In this document: piece by piece, positions 1 through 12,908 of the stretch | How the letters are laid out: each line of letters begins with the position of its first letter | Position numbering within the stretch: the first letter of the stretch is position 1 | From: Candidatus Limnocylindrales bacterium | GTDB lineage: Bacteria; Chloroflexota; Limnocylindria; Limnocylindrales; CSP1-4 | Assembly (NCBI GenBank): GCA_035553915.1 | Contig: DATMJK010000061.1 | Coordinates: 1,107 to 65,106, forward strand | DNA length: 64,000 nucleotides | Direction: 5' to 3' | Program-made: the position numbers and the translations under genes | Notes under the pieces: generated by a model | The model's database searches: none | Told to the model about the DNA's origin: nothing | The model's input: only the letters and a program-made list of their open reading frames with translations

Positions 1-887
1 TGGACGAGCGCCGCGCCTATGCGCCGGGCGTGTCTGACATGAAGTGCGGCCTGGTCAGCGGCGTGTATGCGCTGCGGGCTCTGCGCGCCGTGGCTGGTGT
101 CGGAGGAGCCGATGGCGCGGACTGGCTGCCATTCAGCCGGCTGGCCTACGTGGGCAACCCGGACGAGGAGGTCGCATCGCCAGAGAGCACGCCGCTGATC
201 GCCGGTGAGGCGCGCCAGAGCGATGTCGCATTCGTGCTCGAGTCAGCCCGCGCCAACGGCGACATCGTCTCGGCACGCAAGGGCGTGGCTGACATCCGCC
301 TGCACCTCCGGGGTCGCGCGGCTCATGCCGGCGTCGAGCCCGAGAAGGGCCGCAGCGCGGTCGTCGAGGCGGCACACAAGACGCTCGCCCTGGCCGCGCT
401 CAATGGCCGCTGGCCGGGCGTGACTCTCAACGTCGGCGTGGTCAGCGGCGGCACGCGTCCGAACGTCGTCGCCGAGGAGGCCCACCTCCTGCTGGACTTG
501 CGCGCCGTTGACCAGGCGGCGATGGAAGCGGCAGAGGCGGAGATCGAGCGCATCTGCGCGTCTTCGATGGTGCCAGACGTCAGCTGCACCATCGAGCTCG
601 GCGATCGGTTTGCGCCGATGCCCAGGACGGAGGCAATCGGCCAGCTGGCCGAGCGTGCGATCACGCTCGCCGCCAGGCTCGGCTTCGAGCTGCGCGACGT
701 CGCTACCGGCGGCGGCTCCGACGCGAATGGCATTGCCGGGTTGGGCGTGCCGGTGCTCGACGGGCTGGGCCCGATCGGCGGCGGCGACCACTCGGCCGAC
801 GAGTACCTCGAGCTGGACTCGATCGTCCCGCGGACGACGCTGCTGGCGGCACTGCTGCTCGACGTGGGGCGGCGCGGGCCGCCATAA
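1..887 (+). CDS. M20 family metallopeptidase (ArgE/DapE/carboxypeptidase G2-like), C-terminal part; 5' end lies outside the window
   Basis: Reading frame is open from nt 3 and gives 'DERRAYAPGVSDMKCG' with the M20 'DMK(G/C)G' motif. The C-terminal 'GGGDHSADEYLELDSIVPRTTLLAALL' is typical of the M20 dimerisation/C-terminal region. Stop at 885-887. Confidence 0.8.
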   Translation, partial: DERRAYAPGVSDMKCGLVSGVYALRALRAVAGVGGADGADWLPFSRLAYVGNPDEEVASPESTPLIAGEARQSDVAFVLESARANGDIVSARKGVADIRLHLRGRAAHAGVEPEKGRSAVVEAAHKTLALAALNGRWPGVTLNVGVVSGGTRPNVVAEEAHLLLDLRAVDQAAMEAAEAEIERICASSMVPDVSCTIELGDRFAPMPRTEAIGQLAERAITLAARLGFELRDVATGGGSDANGIAGLGVPVLDGLGPIGGGDHSADEYLELDSIVPRTTLLAALLLDVGRRGPP

Positions 888-901
888 GCTCGCCTGCGCC
901 G

Positions 902-1183
902 TCAGCGCAGGTACGTGTTGCCGCAGGTGTCGCAGACGGTGTACAGCGCGTGCCGCTCGATGGCGTAGCCCGCGACATGGAGGCGCCCGGAGAAGTCATC
1001 GCGCGGGCAGACGAAGACCCACCAGCTGTGCGGCTGGCCGGGCTCGGCCGGTCCGAGCTCGGGGATCGGGCTTGCCTCGGCGGCGATCTTGTCGGCCAGG
1101 CCGTCGAAGCGCTCGATCGCGGCAGCCACGGCGGCCGCGCGCTCGTCCTCGGTCTCGCTGGTGTAGGGGTAGCTCTGGGCCAC
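902..1183 (-). CDS. small hypothetical protein with a C-terminal Cys pair ('CDTCGNTY'), possible zinc ribbon
   Basis: Only the C-terminal ~93 aa of ORF 902..1600 looks protein-like ('VAQSYPYTSETEDERAAAVAAAIERFDGLADKIAAE...CPRDDFSGRLHVAGYAIERHALYTVCDTCGNTYLR'). A GTG in frame at 1181-1183 was chosen as start; the upstream part of the ORF is low-complexity Arg/Ala/Ser. Start is uncertain. Confidence 0.4.
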   Translation of the reverse strand: MAQSYPYTSETEDERAAAVAAAIERFDGLADKIAAEASPIPELGPAEPGQPHSWWVFVCPRDDFSGRLHVAGYAIERHALYTVCDTCGNTYLR

Positions 1184-1331
1184 GTTGGAGCTCAAGGGCT
1201 TCTCCGCACCTGGGGATGTGGCCGACCGCGGGGTTGTGAGCGCGGCGCGACCGGCCGACGCCGAGTATAGCCCGCGAAGCGGCCCTCGCCAGGCGTGCCG
1301 GATCCCTGGTCGAGGGTCGCGTTGACAGCCG

Positions 1332-2915
1332 TCACCAGGCCAATGCCGCGCCTTCGACGCGCGGGTCGCTGGCCGTGGCGTAGCTGCCATCCGGCTGGAC
1401 CTGGATCGCGTGGGCATGGCCCATCGCCGAGGCGTACGGCTCGAGCCGCTCGACCCTGTGGCCGCGCTGCCGGAGCCCTTCCTCGACCTCGCGGTGGAAG
1501 CGTGGCTCGATGACGGCCAGCGTCGGATCGTCGCTGCCCACCGCGTGGCCCGTCGCCCAGCGCGGAGCGTCCAGCGCGGTGGCGATGTCGAGCCGGCCAT
1601 CTACCACCGCCGAGACGAACTGGGCATAGATCAGCGGCTGGATCTCGCCACCCATCGAGCCGTGAGCAATCCACGGCCGGCCGTCCCGCAGCAGCATGCC
1701 GGGCACCAGCGTGTGCAGCGTGCGCTTGGCCGGTGCCAGGACGTTGGCATGAGCGGGGTCGAGGCTGAAGAAGGCGCCACGGTTCTGGTAGCCGACGCCG
1801 GTCTGCGGGTCGACCAGTCCCGAGCCGAAGCCGGCGAAGTTCGACTCGAGCAGGCTGACGAGGTTGCCTTCGCCGTCAGCCGTGGACAGGTAGATCGTGC
1901 CGCCACCCTTGGGCCGGACGGACGGCCGCGAACTCACGCGGGCCGGGTCGATCGTCGCGGCCAGCACGTCGAGGCGGGCCGGGTCGAGCAGCTGCTCGAC
2001 CGCGCCGGCGGGCATGTGCCGAGGATCGGTCAGCTGGGTATCGCGATCGGCGAGCGCGATCCGCGCCGCCTCGAGGCCGATGTGCAGCCAGCGAGCGTCA
2101 TTGTGGCTGGGATCGAAGCGCGCCAGCAGGCCGAGCAGCTCGAGCGCAGTCGGGCCGCTGCTGTTGGGCGGCAGCGTGACAGAGGTGACGCCGCGGTAGC
2201 CAAGGCTGATCGGCTCGGCCCACTCGCTCAGATGGTTCGCGAAGTCATGTGCCCGAAGCGGTGATCCGCGACTGGCCAGGTAATCGGCGGCGCGGTCGGC
2301 CAAGGCGCCCTGGTAGGCAACCTCCGGTCCGTCGGCGGCCAGCCGGCGCAGCGTCGCGGCCAGGGCCGGCAGGCTGACCGTCTCGCCGACCTGCCACGGC
2401 CGGCCGTGCGCACGGAAGGTCCGCGCCCAGTCACCGTCCATGCCAAGGACCCCGGCCGAGCGTTCGACGCTCGTCACCCAGCCCGTGGTCGCGGCAAAAC
2501 CGTCGGCGAGGGCCGTCGCCGGTGCCAGCAGGTCAGCCCAGGCCAGGCGGCCGAACCGACGATGCGCCTCGCCCCAAGAGTGGATCGCGCCCGGCACGGT
2601 GACCGTCCAAGGCCCGCGGAAGGGCATCGCGCTGAGGCCGGCGGCGTGGGCCGCCTCGAGCGTGGCCGCGGCCGCAGACGAGCCACTGCCATTGAGGCCG
2701 TGGACGCGCTCGCCGTCCCAGATCAGCCAGAAGGCATCGCCGCCCAGCCCGCACGAGTGGGCGGCCACGACCGACAGCGCGGCATTGGTCGCGATCGCGG
2801 CATCGACCGCCGAGCCTCCCTGCTGCAGCACGCCCAGACCGGCCTGGCTGGCCAGGAAGTGCGGGCTCGCGACGGCGCCGCGGCCGCCGGCCGCGAAGCG
2901 CGGTGGCTCGATCAT
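1332..2915 (-). CDS. ggt: gamma-glutamyltranspeptidase family protein, no signal peptide (cytoplasmic type)
   Basis: Full-length 527 aa. Catalytic-threonine region 'GGGTIYLSTADGEGNLVSLLESNFAGFGSG' and 'TLHTLVPGML' match the GGT fold. Confidence 0.9.
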   Translation of the reverse strand: MIEPPRFAAGGRGAVASPHFLASQAGLGVLQQGGSAVDAAIATNAALSVVAAHSCGLGGDAFWLIWDGERVHGLNGSGSSAAAATLEAAHAAGLSAMPFRGPWTVTVPGAIHSWGEAHRRFGRLAWADLLAPATALADGFAATTGWVTSVERSAGVLGMDGDWARTFRAHGRPWQVGETVSLPALAATLRRLAADGPEVAYQGALADRAADYLASRGSPLRAHDFANHLSEWAEPISLGYRGVTSVTLPPNSSGPTALELLGLLARFDPSHNDARWLHIGLEAARIALADRDTQLTDPRHMPAGAVEQLLDPARLDVLAATIDPARVSSRPSVRPKGGGTIYLSTADGEGNLVSLLESNFAGFGSGLVDPQTGVGYQNRGAFFSLDPAHANVLAPAKRTLHTLVPGMLLRDGRPWIAHGSMGGEIQPLIYAQFVSAVVDGRLDIATALDAPRWATGHAVGSDDPTLAVIEPRFHREVEEGLRQRGHRVERLEPYASAMGHAHAIQVQPDGSYATASDPRVEGAALAW

Positions 2916-3254
2916 GCGGCCCGCCAGCCGTCACCCTGGCCCGCCGAAGCCAGGGCCGTGCCGAGGAAGCGCCACTGGTCCATGAGGCCATCATGCCCGT
3001 CGCGCAAAGGGACCGTTCCGGCCGCATGAGTGACGCTACTTCCGCTCAAGCGGAATGACCGGGCGCATCGGAGTCCTCAGCGGAGAGGGAATAGATCGGG
3101 TGGGTGGCCACGAGCGTGACCACGGGAGCTCTGCCGCGGGAACGGGTCGCGTATTGCTCGGAGTGACTGTTCCGCATTGGTGGAATGATCGCTGCACGTG
3201 GTTCCAGCGGCGGGCGAGCGGCGCACGCGCGGGCAGCCACCGCCGCGCCCGCCC

Positions 3255-7019
<3,765 letters not shown>

Positions 7020-7293
7020 GAGGCGGCGAGTGTAGGCCGCTCGGCTGCGCTCCGCGCGTGAGGGACTGGCTGCGACCAGACCCCGGTCGCCTGCTGGCCG
7101 ATTGGGCCGGCCCGGCCACGCCGCTTGTGGGCGTTCCCCCGCCCGGTTGCTCAGATGCTCGTCAGGTGCTCATTACCGGTCCGATCGGTGGCCTGAGCCG
7201 CCATACGCTCGTGGAGTGAGCGCAATCCGCGCTCGGGGTCGCCGTGCTCGTCCCGCTCCGTACGCGAGACGCGCTCGCCGAACGTGCGCACGC

Positions 7294-8028
7294 TCAGGCC
7301 GCCGCATCGTTTGGTCGCCGGACCCGCCTGACCGTGGCGAGACCTCCCTTACTGCTCACTCCGCGAGCGGTTGACCAGAACGAGAGCGCGCCAACCGGCC
7401 CATTCGGATGGTGGAGCCAGGCTGGCATCGACCGCCCGTCCAGAGGCAGTGCCGCCCGAAGCATCGCTGCGTGCGCTTGAGCTCGTCGGCGATTGGTCGA
7501 GCCTTCGGCAACGACCAGCCACGCGGCGGCGGCGACCGGCCGCCAGCCACGATCGCGGGCCACCCGGGACCCTAGCCGTCGCTTCTGGTCGAGCTTGCCG
7601 AGCAGCTCGTTGACGTCAACAATCTCGGTCTTCAGCTCGACGACCAGCAAGGTGCGGCTGACGGCATGCCAGGCCAGGATGTCGATCACACCGCGCTCGC
7701 CCATGATCGAGTACGAAACCTCGGGCGCGAGCTCCCAGCCACCGATGCGCCGAAGCTCGCCCGAGACCGCCTCGTGAAGCAGCGAGTGGCGGGCATTCAG
7801 CAGGCGGTCCAGGTCCGCGCCCTGCCAGTAGGCTGAGATGCGCAATCGGATGCCGAGGGCGGCGGCCACGGCAAGTATGCTGCCCACCGTCAGCCCATCC
7901 CACAGCCCGCGCTCGACGCGCGACACTACCGAACGCGAGACAGCGGCGCGCGCCGCGACGTCCTCCTGACGCCAGCGCTTCTTCAGGCGCACCGCTCTGA
8001 AACGAACTCCCGCGCCAACCGTGTCCAC
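7294..8028 (-). CDS. XRE-family HTH DNA-binding protein with a C-terminal PD-(D/E)XK-like domain
   Basis: HTH_XRE motif 'LRAVRLKKRWRQEDVAARAAVSRSVVSRVERG'. C-terminal 'GERGVIDILAWH...LLVVELKTEIVD' resembles a D...(E)xK nuclease core. The N-terminal 2/3 of ORF 7294..8460 is Arg/Ser low-complexity and is rejected. Start placed at the in-frame GTG at 8026-8028. Confidence 0.6.
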   Translation of the reverse strand: MDTVGAGVRFRAVRLKKRWRQEDVAARAAVSRSVVSRVERGLWDGLTVGSILAVAAALGIRLRISAYWQGADLDRLLNARHSLLHEAVSGELRRIGGWELAPEVSYSIMGERGVIDILAWHAVSRTLLVVELKTEIVDVNELLGKLDQKRRLGSRVARDRGWRPVAAAAWLVVAEGSTNRRRAQAHAAMLRAALPLDGRSMPAWLHHPNGPVGALSFWSTARGVSSKGGLATVRRVRRPNDAAA

Positions 8029-8149
8029 GGCGCCATGCTGGCGGGCGTTGCTTATCGGCGGCTTACGGTAGGTCGGCTCTCTCGTCGCGTTCCGGCGAGC
8101 CGACGACCCATTCGGCGCCGGCTCCTGGAACCGCCGGACCGGACTCGGG

Positions 8150-8908
8150 TCACGGCAGCGCGGTCTCCGCGCCTCGCTCCGGCGCCACGACCTCGACCGG
8201 CGCGCCAAGCGCGTCGAGCTCGCGACGCAGCTCGTCGGGCGTGCCCACCAGCACCGGGAAGGTGCCGTAATGGATGGGCACGACCGCGCGCACGCCGAGC
8301 ATCTGCGCCGCTCGGGCGGCGCCGCGCGGGCCCATCGTGTAGTGGCCCCCGATCGGCAGGAACGCCACGTCCGGCTGGTGCAGCTCGCCGACGAGTGCCA
8401 TGTCGCTGAACACATCGGTGTCGCCCGCGAAGTACACCCGCGACCCGTCACCCGCCCCAACGACGAAGCCGGCCGGTTCGCCGAGGTAGACCGAGCCGCC
8501 TGTCGCGCCGCCGCCGATCCAGTCGCCGGCCGAGTGCTGCGCCTGGACCATCGACACGCTCAGCCCGCGCGCATCGACCGTGCCGCCCTTGTTGAAGCCG
8601 ATCACCTCGGCGTCGCCAGCCCCCACCTCGCCCAGCCAAAGGCTCATCTCGTGGATGCACGGCCACGCGGCCCCGGTCCGGCGGGCGATGGTCAGCGCGT
8701 CGGCCGAGTCGATCTGCATCGGGAAGGCGCCCAGGTGGTCGTGGTGCCCGTGGGAGACGAGCATGACATCGCACTTCGACACCGAATCGACGGCCCGCGG
8801 CGACGTCGGGTTGCCGAACCACGGGTCGAACAGCAAGACCTGCCCATCGGCTGTACGCAGCTCGACGCACGAGTGGCCGTACCACGTGAAGCTCGCCTCT
8901 TTGCCCAT
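8150..8908 (-). CDS. MBL-fold metal-dependent hydrolase (UPF0173-like)
   Basis: ATG at 8906-8908 gives 'MGKEASFTWYGHSCVELRTADGQVLLFDPWF...VSHGHHDHLG'. This carries the HxHxDH metallo-beta-lactamase motif. A GGAGGA sits upstream on the minus strand. The upstream 130 codons of the six-frame ORF are rejected. Confidence 0.85.
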   Translation of the reverse strand: MGKEASFTWYGHSCVELRTADGQVLLFDPWFGNPTSPRAVDSVSKCDVMLVSHGHHDHLGAFPMQIDSADALTIARRTGAAWPCIHEMSLWLGEVGAGDAEVIGFNKGGTVDARGLSVSMVQAQHSAGDWIGGGATGGSVYLGEPAGFVVGAGDGSRVYFAGDTDVFSDMALVGELHQPDVAFLPIGGHYTMGPRGAARAAQMLGVRAVVPIHYGTFPVLVGTPDELRRELDALGAPVEVVAPERGAETALP

Positions 8909-8966
8909 GTCGCGCTCCTCCTGCCATGCTCTCGGCGTGACCCGATTCTGGCGTGCCACCTTCCGA

Positions 8967-9365
8967 ATGCAGTATCGGCTGCTGGCCATCATGGACCCGC
9001 TGATCCGACGAGTCTGGCGCCGCTTCGGCATCGGCAACGTCGTCGCCTTCGAGGTGCCGCGGCGCGACGCCCAGGGCACGCGGACGCGGCTGCTCGGGCT
9101 GCTGCGCGTCGGCGAGCGCTGGTATCTGGGCCATCCAAATGGCCCCGTCGGCTGGACGCGCGACCTGGCGGCGGCCGGCGCGGGAACCATCCGCTGGCCC
9201 GACGGGATGACCGTCCGCGTCGCTGCGCGCCAGCTGGAGGCCGGCGACGAGCGCGAGTCTGCGATTCGCGCCACGGGCCAGCACCCTTTCCCGGGCAACC
9301 TGGTCTACCGGCTCGGCCGCGGTCACGTGCGCGCCGTGGGCGTCTACTTCAGGCTGGAACGGTGA
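8967..9365 (+). CDS. nitroreductase-family deazaflavin (F420)-dependent oxidoreductase-like protein (DUF385)
   Basis: 'MQYRLLAIMDPLIRRVWRRFGIGNVVAFEVPRRDAQGTRTRLLGLLRVGERWYL...' matches the DUF385 pattern: basic N-terminus followed by 'GRKSG-like' segments. Alternative start at ATG 8991. Confidence 0.7.
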   Translation: MQYRLLAIMDPLIRRVWRRFGIGNVVAFEVPRRDAQGTRTRLLGLLRVGERWYLGHPNGPVGWTRDLAAAGAGTIRWPDGMTVRVAARQLEAGDERESAIRATGQHPFPGNLVYRLGRGHVRAVGVYFRLER

Positions 9366-10030
9366 AGCTGCTCCAACGCGTCGTCGGGCCGATCTCGACC
9401 AACCTGTACGTGCTGGCGGACGAGCCGAGCCGTGAGGCGATCGCAATCGACACCGCCACGCCGTGCGTCGGCTGGCTGACCGAGACGCTGGCCGAGCGCG
9501 GCTGGACGTTGAAGCTCATCGTCTCCACGCACCGCCACTGGGACCACATCGGCGACAACGCTGCGGTCGCCGAGGCGACCGGCGCGCAGATCGCGGCCCA
9601 CATCCTCGATCGCCACGGCCTGATCGATCCGATGGGCAACTCGCGTGCAGATGCGCAGGCGGCTCGACGTGATCTGCCTTTCGAGATCCCGCCCAGCGTG
9701 CCGGCGGTCGACCTCGAAGAGCGCTCGCGCATCCGCTTCGGAGAGATCGAGCTCGAGGTGCTCCACACACCCGGCCACACCGAGGGCTCAGTCTGCCTGC
9801 TGGCCGGCTCCGAGCGGCTGCTCTTCACCGGCGACACGCTCTTCGCTCAGGGTTGGGGCCGTACCGACCTGCCCGGCGGCAGCGACGCCCAGATGATCGA
9901 GTCACTCGCCCGGCTGTCCAGCCTCGCCCCCGACCTGCGCGTCCTTCCCGGCCACGGGTCGCAGACGACGCTCGAGCGCGAGCAGCGCTGGCTGGCGGCG
10001 GTCGGCCAGGACCGCCGGCTGCCGTTCTAG
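9362..10030 (+). CDS. MBL-fold hydrolase (glyoxalase II / hydroxyacylglutathione hydrolase-like)
   Basis: The GTG start overlaps the DUF385 stop (GTGA, 9362-9365). 'LIVSTHRHWDHIGD' is the HxHxDH motif, and 'LHTPGHTEGSVCLL' is the downstream His motif. 222 aa. Confidence 0.85.
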   Translation: MKLLQRVVGPISTNLYVLADEPSREAIAIDTATPCVGWLTETLAERGWTLKLIVSTHRHWDHIGDNAAVAEATGAQIAAHILDRHGLIDPMGNSRADAQAARRDLPFEIPPSVPAVDLEERSRIRFGEIELEVLHTPGHTEGSVCLLAGSERLLFTGDTLFAQGWGRTDLPGGSDAQMIESLARLSSLAPDLRVLPGHGSQTTLEREQRWLAAVGQDRRLPF

Positions 10031-10054
10031 GCTCCGCAAGGGGCGCCTCAGGCG

Positions 10055-10552
10055 CTAACGTTCGGCGACCGACTCAGCAACCTGCCTGAATTCTTCCAGA
10101 CTAAGACCGGTGGATCCGACTGCGACCCAATCGCAGGTCCCGCCGCTTTGCGCCGAGTAGTCGAGGGCTGCGTATAGCACGTCATTTTCGTCCGCGTACA
10201 CGTCCACGGAGCTGCCCAGCAGTGTGACCAATTCGCCCGCGGGTGACCCGCCCTCGGCTTCGCCTCCGCCGCCAGTCAGTATGTACGCGGTCCGGTTTGC
10301 ATCGCCACTGCCTGACCAGATCACGACCCTGAGTCCATCGCTCTCGCGCACCTCACGTGATGTTAGGTCTGGCGGCAGCGACGCTGGCTCGAGAGTTGGA
10401 CAGCCCGCCAAGGCCGACGGCGTGGCGGTTGGAGTTGTGGCCGGTGATGAAGATGTAACCGACCCCGACGGACTCGGGGTTGGGACGACCGCGGTGGCAC
10501 AACCGGCTGCCAGAACGGCGAGCATGATCAGGGGCATACCCGTCGCCGTCAT
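10055..10552 (-). CDS. putative lipoprotein (Ser/Thr/Pro-rich linker), hypothetical
   Basis: ATG at 10550-10552 gives 'MTATGMPLIMLAVLAAGCATAV', a signal peptide with lipobox LAAGC. This is followed by an S/T/P-rich linker and a globular C-terminus. The upstream part of ORF 10055..11074 is rejected. Confidence 0.6.
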   Translation of the reverse strand: MTATGMPLIMLAVLAAGCATAVVPTPSPSGSVTSSSPATTPTATPSALAGCPTLEPASLPPDLTSREVRESDGLRVVIWSGSGDANRTAYILTGGGGEAEGGSPAGELVTLLGSSVDVYADENDVLYAALDYSAQSGGTCDWVAVGSTGLSLEEFRQVAESVAER

Positions 10553-11105
10553 TGGTAATCTAGCGGATTCGTGAGTGGCTCCAGTAGCGGACCACTTCCG
10601 TCCGGGTGCGACTTTTGTCCGAGGCCGATGTAGGGACCACCAAGCTTCACGACCTGATACGCGCTGGCATGGGCGAAGTCGCTGCGCATGGCGTCTGAGT
10701 TGCGTGTTCCGGCACCTGACGGGTCCGCGGGTTCGCGCCGCGCCGCGGAGTGCTTTCGACCCGAAAGCCAACTCGTGCGGCGGCGCGAGCGCGGCCTGAC
10801 CACCGCCCTGCTTGCGTGGACGCCGATACCCCGACATGTGCGCTGAAGTCGTACGAGGGAGCGGCTCCAGCGGCGTAGGCATAGCCGACGGGACCGGCAA
10901 GAAGGCCGAGTACCGCCACCCCAGCGAGCACTTGGCCCGGCGCGCGACGTGACTCTCGCCGAGGTCGGCGGCGACCCACCGTGACCCGCGCGGGCAGCTC
11001 GTCGTGCGCCCACTCGGCGTTGATGCCCGATAGGACCCAGGGATGTCCTGTGAGCGCGCGTGCGCCCGCAGCATCAGGCCGGCGAGGGTCGGCTGCTGCT
11101 GCCCA

Positions 11106-11909
11106 TCAGCCGACCCTCTTGAGCTTGCCGGTGCGCTTGGCGTAGGCCTCGGCCCGGCCGAAGACCCACGCGCCGAGCGGGATGAAGACGGCGGCCATTA
11201 CGACCAGCGGCAGCACGTGGCCGCCGAGCAGGTCGGTGATCGGGACACCGTCGATCAGCGCCAAACGGACGCCGTCGAGGATGTAGGTCGCCGGCGAGAA
11301 TGCCGAGATGACCTGCATCCACTCGGGCAGGATGGTCACGCTGTAGTACACGCCGCTGATCAGCAGCAGCAACGACTGGAGCACGAAGACCATCTGGTCA
11401 CCGCGCTCGACCCAGATCAGCGGCAGCGTCGCCGCGATCATGCCGATGCCGATGATCGACAGCGAGCCGATCAGCATCAGCACGCCGGCGGACAGGAAGT
11501 CCGCGTTGGACAGGTCGATGCCGAAGAACAGGATCAGCACGATCAGCACGACCGTCGTGTGGAGCAGGCCCCACAGGATGGCGAAGACGGTCGAGCCGAA
11601 GAGCTGCGACAGGCGCCGGACGGGCGCCATCATGGTGTACTCGAGCGTGCCTTCCCAGCGCTCCCAGCTGATCTGCTCGGCGATGATCGAGAAGACCACT
11701 GACAGGTAGTTCCAGAAGGTGGCCCCGACCATCAGCGTCAGCAGCAGCCGGGCATTGGCCTGGTCGAGCCCGATGAGCGTGACCGCCAGCGCGCCGGCGA
11801 CGGAGTAGACCAGGAAGGCGACCTCCCAGCCCCAGTACCGTTTCGACAGGTTGAAGTTGCGCTCGACGAAGGCGTATGACGCCCTCAGCTCGCGCGTCAG
11901 CAGAGCCAT
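11106..11909 (-). CDS. ABC-2 type transporter permease
   Basis: 267 aa with 6 predicted TM segments. ABC-2 exporter architecture, sitting immediately downstream of an ABC ATPase gene. Confidence 0.85.
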   Translation of the reverse strand: MALLTRELRASYAFVERNFNLSKRYWGWEVAFLVYSVAGALAVTLIGLDQANARLLLTLMVGATFWNYLSVVFSIIAEQISWERWEGTLEYTMMAPVRRLSQLFGSTVFAILWGLLHTTVVLIVLILFFGIDLSNADFLSAGVLMLIGSLSIIGIGMIAATLPLIWVERGDQMVFVLQSLLLLISGVYYSVTILPEWMQVISAFSPATYILDGVRLALIDGVPITDLLGGHVLPLVVMAAVFIPLGAWVFGRAEAYAKRTGKLKRVG

Positions 11910-11920
11910 CTGTTCAGTCC

Positions 11921-12760
11921 TTACTCGTCTTCGTTGCGGGGCTCCTCGATGTCGTCATCGAGCGAGCGTCCGGTATGGGTCATGAACACGTCGTGCATCG
12001 TCGCGCCACCCGCGCGGGCGTTGTCGACGGTCGCCTTGAGCTCCGCGACCGTGCCCTCGGCGACCAGCCGGCCGTCGTTAAGCAGGCCGATCCGATCGCA
12101 CAGGCGCTCGGCCTCGTCCATGTCGTGCGTCGTCAGCACGATCGTCGCGTCATGCTCGCGGCGAATCTCCTCGACGAACTCCTGGACCTCGAGCTTCGAT
12201 CGTGGATCGAGGCCCGTGGTGGGCTCGTCGAGCAGCAGCAGCACCGGGCTGGTCAGGAAGGCGCGCGCGATCGAGACCTTCTGCTGCATACCCCGGCTCA
12301 TCTGCTCGAGCGGCCGGTTGATGCGCGACGTGGCGATGCCCAGCCGGTTGAGAATCCTGACCATCTCAGCCCGCGCGTGGCGAGCGTCGACGCCGTACAG
12401 CCGGGCGGCATACATCAGGTTCTCTGCCGGCGACAGCTTCTTGAAGAAAGCCGCGTCCACGCTGACCCGGTTGATCAGTCGCTTGACGGCCATCTCGTCG
12501 CGCACGATGTCATTGCCGAACACCTCGACTCGGCCCTGCTCGACGCTGAGCAGCGTCGAGACGAGGCGGACGAGCGTCGACTTGCCCGAGCCGTTTGCTC
12601 CGAGCACGCCGTAGATCTCGCCGCGCTCCATGCGCAGCGAAACGTCGTTCACCGCAGTGACCGTCTTGCGCTTGCGCCGGTTGCCGACCTCGAAGGTCTT
12701 GGTCAGGTGCTCGATCAGCAGCGCCGGCACGGCCGCTGACTGGCCAGCCTCAGCCGGCAT
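11921..12760 (-). CDS. ABC transporter ATP-binding protein
   Basis: Start 'MPAEAGQSAAVPALLIEHLTKTF' at the ATG 12758-12760. Walker A 'GANGSGKST', signature 'MSRGMQQK', Walker B 'LLLLDEPTTGLD', H-loop 'TTHDMD'. The 63-codon N-terminal extension of the six-frame ORF is rejected. Confidence 0.9.
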   Translation of the reverse strand: MPAEAGQSAAVPALLIEHLTKTFEVGNRRKRKTVTAVNDVSLRMERGEIYGVLGANGSGKSTLVRLVSTLLSVEQGRVEVFGNDIVRDEMAVKRLINRVSVDAAFFKKLSPAENLMYAARLYGVDARHARAEMVRILNRLGIATSRINRPLEQMSRGMQQKVSIARAFLTSPVLLLLDEPTTGLDPRSKLEVQEFVEEIRREHDATIVLTTHDMDEAERLCDRIGLLNDGRLVAEGTVAELKATVDNARAGGATMHDVFMTHTGRSLDDDIEEPRNEDE

Positions 12761-12908
12761 GGCGAGGGAGGCAGGGCGTTCCAGCGTGGTAATCACTTGT
12801 CTGTGCTCCTGAATGTGCGTGACTTGCCATTGACTAGGCCCTCGTCTGGCTGCGGGCGGCTCGTCGTCTGACTCGCCTCGAGCGTGCTCGACGCTGCTGG
12901 CGGGCATC

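Noticed and set aside
902-1600. Full 232-aa minus-strand ORF downstream of ggt
   Set aside because: Only the C-terminal ~93 aa look protein-like. The N-terminal 140 codons are Arg/Ala/Ser/Thr low complexity that overlap the ggt 3' region in another frame.
7050-7075. S-box (SAM-I)-like core 'GAGGGACTGGC' on the plus strand upstream of metH
   Set aside because: It lies on the wrong strand for metH and no plus-strand gene follows. Only a short fragment of the consensus is present. It is likely a chance match within a GC-rich structured region; see the metH-leader finding for the sense-strand view.
8270-10030. 586-aa plus-strand ORF spanning the MBL hydrolase, DUF385 and second MBL genes
   Set aside because: Only the last 222 codons (from GTG 9362) carry MBL motifs. 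The remainder is antisense to the 8150..8908 gene or out of frame with the DUF385 gene.
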